Source of the DNA: a plasmid
Sequence record: NZ_CP049261.1
Reading direction: 5' to 3' (one strand)
DNA length: 64,000 bases
The notes beneath the pieces were generated by a model. The model was not told the origin of the DNA, ran no database searches, and saw only the letters and a program-made list of their open reading frames with translations. Below, in pieces: positions 42,291 through 52,464 of the stretch; the first letter of the stretch is position 1, and each line of letters starts with the position of its first letter. Made by a program: the position numbers and the translations under genes.

Positions 42291-42513
42291 ATTTTCTTCC
42301 TGAAGTTGTCTGTTTATCGTGTTGAGGCCCGGCGCATGTTGCTTTTGTGCGCTAACCCCATGTATCAAGCGACAAATATTACCGCGCTAAATACAGGGTT
42401 AATACATACCGAATCAGGGGATTGCGCGGACTCAGAAGACATGCATTTGTCCGATGCCCATAAAAAAGCCGCGCAGGGTGAGCCCTGCACGGCTTATCTG
42501 CAACATCCTCTCG

Positions 42514-44495
42514 TCAGCCCCTCTGCTGGCGGGTACTGAAGAATGCCAGCGCGGTTTCCAGCGCTTTCGCCTGCTCTTCAAGCGACATCGCCGCGGCCGA
42601 AACCTGCTGCACCAGCGAGGCGTTCTGCTGGGTCACGCTGTCCATCTGATTCACCGCCACGCTAATTTGATCCACGCCGCGGGTCTGTTCATCCAGCGCC
42701 CGCACGATTTCATTGATAGCCAGATGAACGCTGGTCACGGCTTCGATTATCTGTTTCATCGTTGAGCCGGTTTCATTGACCAGCGTCACACCCTGCCCGA
42801 CGCGACCGGTCGATTCTGCGATGAGTTGCGAAATTTCCTTCGCCGCGTTGGCGCTGCGGCTCGCGAGCGTGCGAACTTCACCGGCCACGACGGCGAAACC
42901 GCGCCCCTGCTCACCGGCGCGTGCCGCTTCCACGGCCGCGTTCAGCGCCAGAATGTTAGTCTGGAAGGCGATGCTGTCGATGATGCTGGTGATGTCGCTG
43001 ATTTTCTGCGAACTCTCATCCACCTGCGACATCACATGCACCACGCGATCGACCAGCGCTTCGCCCGCACCGGCGATATCTTTCGCGTGCTCCGTCAGCA
43101 CAATGGCGCGTGAAGCGCTTTCGGCGTTGTTTTTCACCGTCGCGGAAATTTCTTCCATGCTGGCCGCCGTCTCGACAATTGCCGCCGCCTGCTCCTCGGT
43201 GCGGGAGGCGAGATCGGTATTGCCTGCGGCGATTTCACTGCTGCCGGCGCGCACGGAATGACTGGCGTCGCTGATATCGCCGACAATCTCGCGCAACCGC
43301 GACTGCATGGTGCTTAACGCATAAAAGATGCTCCGGGTATCGCCCTGCTGTACCGGAATCGCGTTATTCAGGTTGCCATGCGCGACAGAGAGCGCGATTT
43401 CGGACGCCTCCAGCGGCTCACCGCCCACCGGGCGCGCCACTTTGCGGGTAAACACCAGCGCCACCACCAGGCTCACAACCGCGATGCTCAGCACCATCAG
43501 AATGAGGGCATTGATAAGCCCTGCCAGGCTTCGGCCATCACCACGCTCACCGGCGTGACCACCGCCAGCTTCCACGGCGTGCCGCTGTTGCCCACGGCAA
43601 TCGTGTTCCAGGTGATAAACGCCGGTTCGCCCAGCACCGGGTCGTCATAGCGAATCACTTCGCGGCCCGTCACAGTGCCCTTATAAGGCTTGCCGATAGT
43701 CGCTTTATCCGGCGCGGAGATCACTTTATTGTCAGCCGAGAGGAGCAGCGCATAGCCCACGCCATCCCAGGGTTTGATCGCGCCCACCATTCTTTGCAGC
43801 GTTTCGAGAGAGAAATCGGACGTCACCGAGCCCTGGAATTTGCCGTCGCGCATTATCGGGGCGGCAATCGAGGTCAGCATCACATCCACGCCGTTGTACG
43901 GGTAAATGTACGGCTCGATGATGACATCTTTCTGGCGCTGACGCGGGAGGACGTAATAGTCACCGCTGCCGGGCGTTTCATAATCCACCAGATTATGCAG
44001 CGCCGGGTTACCTGCACTGTCACGATCCACATAACGCGCATAGCGCCCTTTGGGATCCTGGCCCGCCTGCCCTGCAAACGTGGCGTCGTTGGCATCAAAC
44101 GCGTTGGGTTCAAAGGTCAGTGACATCGATAAAAAATCATCATGCGCACGCAGAAAGCTGACTAACAGCTGCTCCAGGCCTTTACGATCGTTAAGCCCGG
44201 ACTCACGCAGCGACCACGCGCTGATACCCACATCGCGCGCGGCGGTTAACGCCGAATCCAGACGACGGCTCACCTCTAAGGTTTCCGTTTGCGCAATTTG
44301 TTGCAGGTGTTTTTTCGCGACATATTCCTGCTGCGACATCGATTGCCAGAGCAGTAAACCCATCGTGATACCAAAGCCTGCGGTTATCGTGACGAAAATC
44401 GATAACAGCATGAGGGTTTTGGTCTTAAGCCTTCTTTTCGAAGGATGCTGAGCGATCATTCTCTTCTCCCGGACGCCGCCAGAAAGGCGGGACAT
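42514..44495 (-). CDS. Methyl-accepting chemotaxis protein (dCache-type periplasmic sensor). Frameshift about 43500-43575.
   Basis: N-terminal piece 43497-44495 has the TM and Cache-like domain. C-terminal piece 42514-43575 has HAMP and the MCP signalling domain. Confidence 0.75.
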
Positions 44496-44819
44496 ATTTA
44501 CTCACTATCGGCAACTATCCAGGAAGCCTTATGCGTACAGGCCATTAAATTTTCTTAACGCAAACGGGTCGGAATAAGCGAAACGGGGAAACGTATTACG
44601 ATCAACGAGAAGGGAAACAGACTGGATTCAGAAAAAAAGCGGGCCGCCTGACATCGCAGCGGCCCGTAAACAGAATATTGGCTAAGGTGCCCCTTTTCCT
44701 GATGATGCTATCGTAGCGCCATAACCTTAAGGGAAACTTAAGGCATAAGTTAAATCTTAAATATTTACAAAGCGCGCGTTCCGCAGGCAATAAAACGATG
44801 GGCATCCGCGCCCGCACGA

Positions 44820-45590
44820 TCAGGACTCAACAAATTCCAGTTTCGCTTTTACGCGTTCAAGCGACTGAAGATAATCGATATTCTCAATAAGTTGATGTAA
44901 TTCCCGGGTTTCGCCGCCCGACGCCGCCAGCGCATCTTTAATAAAAGGCGAATGGCCGAAACGATGTAAGATCACATTTTTCTTTTGCATCCCGTTCAGC
45001 GAACAGAGTGTGATATAGCGGAAGCGTTTTTTATACGTGGCGTCATTTTTCAGTTTTTCCGTCGCCTCACAGGGCGCGGAAATAATGCAGCGGAACGGCG
45101 TCATCAGATACGGCTTAAGCAAGTTCAGTAAGCGCATTCCCGGCGACATCTCGTCGTTTTCCGGCGTGAACGCGTGCGTGCCATCCAGATACAGTATGAC
45201 CTTATACCGCCCGGCGAGCGCCACGGCGAGTGCCAGCTTTTTCTCTATCTCTTCCTCACTGGCATTCCCGGCAAACAGCGACACCATATTTATTTCAGCC
45301 AGATGGCACCCTGGCTGGATCTGCAACAGGTAACGCGAGAGATTACGGACAAAACAGGATTTGCCAACCCCTTCATTTCCCGATACCACCAGGCTGTTGG
45401 TATTACGGCATGACAGAATCGCCAGCGCCGAAAGAATTTCCGTTTCGCGATACATCACGTCAGGAATATTTCCGACCGCAAGCATAGCCATCAAATCGGT
45501 GGCGTGAATGCCGTTCTCTTCCAGCCCGGAATAAAACGCCTTCCTGTCATGTTGTGGCTCAATCGTGAACAAATTGTTAGGTGGTGTCAT
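44820..45590 (-). CDS. Hypothetical P-loop NTPase, Clp/Hsp100 NBD1-like (256 aa)
   Basis: ..CRNTNSLVVSGNEGVGKSCFVRNLSRYLLQI.. resembles the Walker A/sensor region of ClpA/B NBD1. No second domain. Confidence 0.45.
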   Translation of the reverse strand: MTPPNNLFTIEPQHDRKAFYSGLEENGIHATDLMAMLAVGNIPDVMYRETEILSALAILSCRNTNSLVVSGNEGVGKSCFVRNLSRYLLQIQPGCHLAEINMVSLFAGNASEEEIEKKLALAVALAGRYKVILYLDGTHAFTPENDEMSPGMRLLNLLKPYLMTPFRCIISAPCEATEKLKNDATYKKRFRYITLCSLNGMQKKNVILHRFGHSPFIKDALAASGGETRELHQLIENIDYLQSLERVKAKLEFVES

Positions 45591-46089
45591 TTTATTTTCC
45601 TTAAGCGTGTAATTACAAATGTAATAATCCCGGCCTCATTCATTACGGAATAAGGCCTTTGATCGCGCTACGCTTTTATCTTTAAGAATAATGATGGCGC
45701 CAGTGAGCAGACACGATTTATCCGACGCCAGAGCCATTTCTGCCTGCGTTTTTACGTGTCTTTTCTGCGCATTACGATGTTAAAAGCGTCCCGTTGAATA
45801 CCCCATGTAGGTTTTGCATCTCCCGTCAGGCTTGCAGGTCATCAATACCCGACGAGATTGCATCAGGAAAACTTGATAATTAAGTATCACTAAAATTTGA
45901 TTTAGCGTGAAGATAGGCAAAAATCTTAAAGCCGTCAACCGCCGAAATAATTATCGATAAATAAGTTATTCCTTATCCCGTGAATCGGCGAATTAAGATT
46001 TTCCTCAGTATTAATTCCGGAAATAAAGCGGTAATTTGTCCTGTTATTTTTTGACGCGGTTAAACACTGACGTCACCGAAATGACCGCA

Positions 46090-46122
46090 ACCTGCCATGC
46101 GTACACAGAAAAAACCCTGCCG
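46090..46122 (-). terminator. Rho-independent terminator of the HAAAP transporter gene
   Basis: Minus strand reads aaccctgctccggcagggtttttt. Confidence 0.55.
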
Positions 46123-46160
46123 GAGCAGGGTTTGTTGCGCAATAAGATGCAAATCGCGTA

Positions 46161-47416
46161 TCAGAACGTACTGTAAAGCAGCGCGGACACCGTGAGCAGG
46201 CCACCGGTGGCGACCATGACAGCCGTCGGGCCGCGCAGTGAACGCAGCGCATCGCGGGTGTAAATGAGGTACGTCGGGATCAGGAAAAGAAAGATGGCGG
46301 TCAGCGGTCCGCAGACTGTCTCAATCAGCGTAATCACGTCCGGGTTAAGATCCACCACGCCGAATGTCGCGATAAACATCGCGAGGAACGCGAGCGTCTT
46401 CGCCTGTTTCTTCATGCCTGCGTGCCCGGCCACCAGCGCCGTAATGGTTTCCGCAACAGGCAGGCACACGCCAAGAAACGATTTCGTCATCCCGACGATG
46501 GCAATAAAAGGCGCGATCATAAACAGCAGATCCAGGCCGCCCTGGCTTTGCATCACCGAGAGCATATTGAGGTTTTCCGCTTTCGCCCGGGCGAAGGTGG
46601 CCGGAGGGTTCGCGAGAAGGCAGCTCAGCACAAAGAACACGATGCTGAAAATGATCAGCGCATAGGCCACACGCACAACCCGCACCGACTTCATCTCGCC
46701 GCCATGACCACTCTCGCGATAATATGACGCCAGCGGCGCAATCAGCGGCGCAGAGCAGAGCGCGAAAGAGATAAGCGGCAGCGTCAGCCAGATATTTTTA
46801 AACGCCTCACCGGCGGGCTCGCCAGCCGGGATGAGCGGCATACTGAAATTCGCCAGGCTCCAGGCGGGGATCTGGATAACCGCTATCAGCAGCAGCGACA
46901 ACGCAAACGGCAGCGCCAGCGCACCCATCATACTCACCACTTTGTCACGGCCTTTACTGAGCGCCAGGAATAAAGCCGCGACGACAATAAACGCCAGCAG
47001 TGCGCGGTTCACCGGGGCGAAATGCAGACGATTAACCAGATAATCCGAGAGCGCGTTAACCAGCGAAATGGCATAGACCAGGGTGACCGGGAAATGGGCG
47101 ACGCAGAAGAAAACACGAATTGCCGTTCTCCCCTTTGCGCCGAAAAATGCGCCAAAAAGCGGTAACGTACCGTCATCGGGCTGGTTGTCGCGCATAAATA
47201 CACGGCAGATTAGCACATGCGGCACCAGCGAGAGGGAATGCCCAGCACCAGCAGCAGAAGAAAAACCAGCGGGCCGCGCGTGCCGATTTCGACAGGAAGG
47301 AACAGTGTCCCTGCGCCAACGGTGGCACCATAAACGCCCAGCATCCAGAGGGTATCTCTGAATGTCCAGCCGGTACGGGCAGGCAGGCTGCTGTCCGTAG
47401 TGGTTGATATTGTCAT
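46161..47416 (-). CDS. HAAAP-family amino-acid (Ser/Thr-type) transporter. Frameshift near 47215-47225.
   Basis: N-terminal piece 47210-47416 is MTISTTTDSSLPARTGWTFRDTLWMLGVYGATVGAGTLFLPVEIG, like SdaC/TdcC/YhaO. It continues in the 354-aa frame 46161-47225. Confidence 0.65.
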
Positions 47417-47589
47417 TGTCTCTGTTTTCAGCTTGTAGATTAAGAATGTACCGATGCCGTTTTCACAGGCCGGTTAAGGAAAAACGCACAGGGCGCAAAC
47501 AGGGGCTGAATGATATAGAAATCGGCCGCTGAATTCGAAGTTCACTGCGGATAAAACGTAAATAAACGCAACGACGCGCGTGGTAATAA

Positions 47590-47613
47590 CAAAGGGGCGT
47601 CGGCCCCTTTGTC
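47590..47613 (-). terminator. Hairpin following mgtA stop
   Basis: caaaggggcgtcggcccctttg perfect stem-loop with a weak U tract. Confidence 0.4.
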
Positions 47614-47623
47614 ACTGGTTTAC

Positions 47624-50338
47624 TCAGAACCACTGTCCAAATTTGCGGATGTACAGCCGTTTCATGCCCTGCACGACCACACAATAGGTGAAAAGAATCC
47701 CCACCAGCCACGGGAAATAGCTCAACGGCAAGGGCACCAGTCCAATCATATGGCCGAGCGGCGAGAACGGAATGGCGATGCCGACTGCCATCACGATCCC
47801 TGTGGTTATCAGCACCGGCAGCGCGGCGCGGCTCTGAATAAACGGGATTTTCCGGGTACGCAGCATATGCACCACCAGCGTCTGCGACAGCAGCCCTTCC
47901 ACAAACCACCCGGACTGAAAGAGCGACTGCGCCGCAGGCGAGTTGGCGGCAAACACAAACCACATCACCGCAAAGGTCGCCATATCGAACAGCGAGGACG
48001 TCGGCCCCATCCAGATCATAAAGCGCTTAATATTCTGCGCATCCCATTTACGCGGCTGACGCAGAAACGCCTTATCCATGCGATCCCAGGGCAGCGAGAG
48101 CTGCGAAATGTCGTACATCAGGTTCTGCACCAGCAGATGAATGGCCAGCATCGGCAGGAACGGCAGAAACGCGCTCGCCACCAGCACCGAAAAGACATTG
48201 CCGAAGTTAGAGCTGGCGGTCATGTTCAGGTATTTGATGATATTGCCGAAGGTCTCGCGCCCGGTCAGCACGCCCTGCTCCAGCACCATCAGATCTTTTT
48301 CCAGCAAAATGATATCCGATGACTCTTTGGCGATATCCGCCGCGCTGTCAACCGAAATCCCGACATCCGCATCGCGCAGCGCCGGCGCGTCGTTAATGCC
48401 GTCGCCAAGGAACCCAACCGTGTGGCCGTTATTTTGCAGCGCCCGCAGAATGCGGGATTTCTGCAATGCCGTCAGCTTCGCGAAAATCGCACAGCGTTCA
48501 ACCGCCACAGCAAGCTGCGCTTCGTCCATATCGTCAATGACATCGCCCGTCAGGATCTCGCGGCGGTCGATCCCTACCTGCTCGCAGATGCAGGCCGCCA
48601 CCAGCGGGTTATCCCCGGTCAGCACCTTCACGGTAACGCCGTGCTCATGGAGCGCTGAGATCGCCTGCGCCGCGCTCGCTTTTGGCGGATCGAGAAACGT
48701 CAGCATCCCTTCAATAATCAGCCCGTTTTCGTCCGCCACGCAGAGGGGATGATCAAGCCCGGTCTGTGGCAGTTCGCGTGTCGCCACCACCAGCACCCGG
48801 AAGCCCTGCGCGTTGTACTGGAGCGTTAAGCGCAGGTACGCGTCGCGGCGCGCCTCATCAAGCGCATACACCGTGTCGCCCTCGCGGATATGCGTCGAGA
48901 CAGAGAGCATCTCTTCAACGGCACCCTTGCAGATAAGCGTCTGCTGATGCTCGCCATACCCTTCCACCACCACAGAAACGCGGCGGCGTACAAAATCAAA
49001 CGGCAGCTCGTCAATTTTGAAATAGCCGGATTGTATCGATGGTGAAAGCGCGGCCTGCCCGGACGCCAGTACCGCCTTGTCCATCAGGTTTTGCGAGCCG
49101 CTCAGGTTGACGCTGTTCAGCCAGGCAAGTGTGAGCACATGCAGGCTGTCGCGGCCGTGGCAGTCGAGATGCTTTTCAAGAACAATCGAGTCCTGGGTGA
49201 GCGTGCCGGTTTTATCGGTACAGAGCACATCCATCGCGCCAAAATTCTGTATGGCGTTCAGGCGCTTCACAATCACCTTGCGACGGGCCATGACAATCGC
49301 CCCCTTCGCCAGATTAGAGCTGACAATCATCGGCAGCATTTCTGGCGTCAGCCCCACCGCGACGGCCAGCGCGAAAAACGTGGCGTCCAGCCAGTCGCCT
49401 TTGGTGAAGCCGTTGATGAGCAGCACCACCGGCACCATCACCAGCATAAAGCGGATCAGCAGCCAGCTGACACTGTTCACGCCTTTATCAAACGCCGTCT
49501 GGGTGCGGTTGCCGACGAGCGATTTCGCAAGCGATCCGAAATACGTTTTCGCGCCGGTCGCCACCACCACGCCGCAGGCGGTGCCGCTCGCGACATTGGT
49601 GCCCATCAGACAGATATTGCCCCGCTCCAGCAGGCTGGCGCTGTCGTCATGGATATCGTCTGCGCTTACGCCTTTCCCCTGCACATGGCCGGTGACGTCA
49701 TATTTTTCCACCGGCAGCGACTCGCCGCTCAGTATCGCCTGGCTGATAAACAGATCCCGTGAGGCAATGAGCCGTAAATCCGCCGGGATCAGATCGCCCG
49801 CCGAGAGAGTCACGATATCGCCCGGCACCAGCTCCTCGACCGGGATTTCCCGTTTCTCGCCGTCACGGTTGCTGACGGTACGGCGCAGCACGGTCGCCGT
49901 CGTGCTTACCATCGATTTCAGCGCCTGCGCGGCTTTATTGGTGCGAAACTCCTGCCAGAAGCGCAATAAGCCGCTCAGCAACACCATCGTCACAATGGTA
50001 ATAACGCCGGTCAGATCGGTCTCCTGCCCTGCGCGCAGCGGATACCAGTAATCGGTAAAGAAACTGATCAGCGCCAGCGCCATCAGCACATAGATAAACG
50101 GGTTGTTGAACGCCTGGAGCAGTTGCACCAGCGCGGGCGGCGCGTTGTCATGCGCCACGGCATTCGGGCCATAAGCGGCAAGGCGCGCCTGCGCCTCTTT
50201 TTCCAGCAGTCCTTTTTCGCTGCTTTCCAGCCGCGCTACTGTCTCTTGCGGGCGCTCTGCGGAGGCCATTTCGATGCAAAACGTCGCCGCCTGTTTTTTT
50301 GCGGCATTATTCATTTTTCTGGAATTGTACTTTGCCAT
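47624..50338 (-). CDS. mgtA: Magnesium-translocating P-type ATPase
   Basis: 904 aa. DKTGTLT phosphorylation motif. TGDN and GDGINDAPAL motifs. Collinear with E. coli/Salmonella MgtA. Confidence 0.9.
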   Translation of the reverse strand: MAKYNSRKMNNAAKKQAATFCIEMASAERPQETVARLESSEKGLLEKEAQARLAAYGPNAVAHDNAPPALVQLLQAFNNPFIYVLMALALISFFTDYWYPLRAGQETDLTGVITIVTMVLLSGLLRFWQEFRTNKAAQALKSMVSTTATVLRRTVSNRDGEKREIPVEELVPGDIVTLSAGDLIPADLRLIASRDLFISQAILSGESLPVEKYDVTGHVQGKGVSADDIHDDSASLLERGNICLMGTNVASGTACGVVVATGAKTYFGSLAKSLVGNRTQTAFDKGVNSVSWLLIRFMLVMVPVVLLINGFTKGDWLDATFFALAVAVGLTPEMLPMIVSSNLAKGAIVMARRKVIVKRLNAIQNFGAMDVLCTDKTGTLTQDSIVLEKHLDCHGRDSLHVLTLAWLNSVNLSGSQNLMDKAVLASGQAALSPSIQSGYFKIDELPFDFVRRRVSVVVEGYGEHQQTLICKGAVEEMLSVSTHIREGDTVYALDEARRDAYLRLTLQYNAQGFRVLVVATRELPQTGLDHPLCVADENGLIIEGMLTFLDPPKASAAQAISALHEHGVTVKVLTGDNPLVAACICEQVGIDRREILTGDVIDDMDEAQLAVAVERCAIFAKLTALQKSRILRALQNNGHTVGFLGDGINDAPALRDADVGISVDSAADIAKESSDIILLEKDLMVLEQGVLTGRETFGNIIKYLNMTASSNFGNVFSVLVASAFLPFLPMLAIHLLVQNLMYDISQLSLPWDRMDKAFLRQPRKWDAQNIKRFMIWMGPTSSLFDMATFAVMWFVFAANSPAAQSLFQSGWFVEGLLSQTLVVHMLRTRKIPFIQSRAALPVLITTGIVMAVGIAIPFSPLGHMIGLVPLPLSYFPWLVGILFTYCVVVQGMKRLYIRKFGQWF

Positions 50339-50467
50339 ACCGGCACCTGTTATTCAGGGTGCAGCAAAACGCGCGGGCGTCTTACCGCAGGTTTTAAAAC
50401 GCGCACGCCATTTCACCTTTAAAAAAGTAAAGGCGTGCTAAAGCATATTGTTAAAAACAGAAAGGAA

Positions 50468-50512
50468 TTAACGCAGAGGCGGAGGGAACAGGGCTGTGTG
50501 AATAAAAAACAT
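50468..50512 (-). CDS. mgtL: Proline-rich leader peptide ORF in the mgtA 5' leader (mgtL-like), MFFIHTALFPPPLR
   Basis: GGAG RBS 9 nt upstream. 14 codons with a PPP run. Position inside the mgtA leader about 130-175 nt upstream of mgtA matches the known Pro-sensing attenuation leader. Confidence 0.45.
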   Translation of the reverse strand: MFFIHTALFPPPLR

Positions 50513-50724
50513 AGGTAAGCACTCCTTAATAAAACAAGGATTAATGTCCGGGGTGCAATAAGATGAAAACGTACATTGCTGCCCGCCATGAGAGGCAAAC
50601 AGCGCAGGGATTGTCGCGAGTTTGCCCGTTAATAAATTCCGGTATCGCTGTTCAGAAGGGGAATCTCCATCAATAATTTTCCCGCAGTATAATGCGCGAC
50701 CCTGTAAAGTAAATGCCTAACGGC

Positions 50725-50742
50725 CTGAGGTTTACAGAGCGT
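50725..50742. promoter_or_regulatory. PhoP box-like direct repeat GGTTTA-N5-CGTTTA upstream of the mgtA leader
   Basis: ggtttacagagcgtttag matches (T/G)GTTTA-N5-(T/G)GTTTA. It lies between the roxA terminator and the mgtA leader. Confidence 0.4.
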
Positions 50743-50857
50743 TTAGATTTTTATTTCAACACGCGGCGTACTCAGTTTGAATTCACAGCGGCCTATTATT
50801 TCCGGGTTGCGTAAAATCCCATAACGCTTTTTTATTAACGACTGCCAGGTTATTTCA

Positions 50858-50893
50858 TAAAAAGAAAACGGCCTTCATGAGAAATGAAGGCCG
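50858..50893 (-). terminator. roxA rho-independent terminator
   Basis: Minus strand reads ggccttcatttctcatgaaggccgttttcttttt. Confidence 0.65.
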
Positions 50894-50905
50894 TGCGCCA
50901 GCCGT

Positions 50906-52027
50906 TTATTCGTCAAAGAACCAGTAGCCCTGATTTATCAGCGCGGTCAGTTCCTCCATAAATGCGGGGTGATGCAGCGCGTCGCCAAGTTCATGCTGGC
51001 TGAGAGCGGTATAACGGCGCAGCGCGTCAACCGCGCGCGGGTCGGCGGTCTCATACGGCTCGCTGTTAATGAAAAAGCCGCCGTTGACGTTCAGCACCCG
51101 CAGGCCAGAGAGGCGCGTCAGCGTTTCGCCGCCCAGCAGCGCCTCGCGCACCTCTTCAGCCGTATACGGCGGTTCGGCAGGTGCAATATCCAGTTCGTGG
51201 CGCGGCGTGGTGACGAACGATCCAAACCAGCGGGTGAAATCTTCCGGCTGGTTCATCATCTCAATCATCATCTGGCGAATACGCTCAAGCTCATACGCCT
51301 CGATGCGGCCCGGATGGTCGCGGCAGGTCAGATCCGGGTCGCTGTAGTGCTCGCCGCCCAGATCGTTTTCCAGCGCGTAGTCCGCAAAGCTGCTGATTAA
51401 ATCGCGCCCGTTCGGCCCACGGAAACCGACGGAGTAGTTCAGCGCCGTTTCATGGGTGAAGCCGTCATGTGGGAATCCGGGCGGAATATAGAGGATATCG
51501 CCCGGTTCAAGATCTTCATCGATAATTGGCTCGAACGGATCGACATGCAGCAGCGCCGGATGCGGGCAGAACTGACGCATCGGCAGCTTGTCGCCCACGC
51601 GCCAGCGGCGGCGGCCCATGCCCTGAATAATAAACACGTCGTACTGATCGATATGCGGGCCGACGCCGCCGCCCGGTACGGAATACGAAATCATTAAATC
51701 GTCCAGACGCCAGTCCGGCAGCACGCGAAACGGACGCACCAGCTCGGCGGAGGGCGCGTGCCAGTGGTTCACCGCCTGCGCCAGCAGCGACCAGCCGGTT
51801 TCACCCAGCCCGTCGAAATGTTCAAACGGGCCGTGACTGGCGTGCCACTTACCGTTTTTATGGCTCACCAGGCGGCTGTCGACCTCCGGCTCCATCGCAA
51901 GCCCGGCCAGTTCGTCCGGCGTGATCGGGTCAATAAAATTCGCAAACGCCTGTTTCAGTACGACAGGTTTTTTCTGCCAGTAAGTTTCTAAAAATTCCGG
52001 CGAGTTCAGATTGAGTTGGTAAGCCAT
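50906..52027 (-). CDS. roxA: Ribosomal protein uL16 Arg81 hydroxylase RoxA (YcfD), JmjC/cupin 2OG oxygenase
   Basis: 373 aa, collinear with E. coli YcfD (..PGGGVGPHIDQYDVFIIQGMGRRRWRVG...PPGFPHDG..). Confidence 0.85.
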   Translation of the reverse strand: MAYQLNLNSPEFLETYWQKKPVVLKQAFANFIDPITPDELAGLAMEPEVDSRLVSHKNGKWHASHGPFEHFDGLGETGWSLLAQAVNHWHAPSAELVRPFRVLPDWRLDDLMISYSVPGGGVGPHIDQYDVFIIQGMGRRRWRVGDKLPMRQFCPHPALLHVDPFEPIIDEDLEPGDILYIPPGFPHDGFTHETALNYSVGFRGPNGRDLISSFADYALENDLGGEHYSDPDLTCRDHPGRIEAYELERIRQMMIEMMNQPEDFTRWFGSFVTTPRHELDIAPAEPPYTAEEVREALLGGETLTRLSGLRVLNVNGGFFINSEPYETADPRAVDALRRYTALSQHELGDALHHPAFMEELTALINQGYWFFDE

Positions 52028-52175
52028 AGCATCACACCAGTGAAGGATTGAGGGCGCGATTATAAGAAGGCCGGGTGGTTCAGCGCCTTGTCATGGGTCA
52101 AGCGCCGACCCGCGCATTATCAATGCGCCCTGTTTTTCGCTATGATGCGTACTGCTGTTTACCGCCGGAGGGCTT

Positions 52176-52343
52176 ATGCATTATCTGCTGGAACTGATTT
52201 CCGATCTTATTTTGTACTGGCCAACCCGTAATCCGCCGCCGGAAGGAAGAAATGCCATTCCTTCGCTCAAACACAAGCCGCTGTTTCGTATGCCCGAGGG
52301 CGATCCGCTGAAAAAAGACGAGCAGCCTAAAGAGCCCGAATAA
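52176..52343 (+). CDS. Small hypothetical protein (55 aa), not in the ORF track
   Basis: GGAGGG RBS 5 nt before ATG. MHYLLELISDLILYWPTRNPPPEGRNAIPSLKHKPLFRMPEGDPLKKDEQPKEPE. Confidence 0.3.
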   Translation: MHYLLELISDLILYWPTRNPPPEGRNAIPSLKHKPLFRMPEGDPLKKDEQPKEPE

Positions 52344-52464
52344 TCGCCTGCGCCTACGCCGCTAATTATCCCCGAAAACCCCGTTATATCGGCCCATCGC
52401 TGCCGCCTGCGCAATGTTACGCTGCGTGATAATCCAGTCATTTTAATAATTTCACGGCAGGTGA

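Noticed and set aside
47609-50051. Long plus-strand ORFs (237, 203 and 324 aa) inside mgtA
   Set aside because: Antisense to an intact, highly conserved P-type ATPase. His/Arg-rich low-complexity translations.
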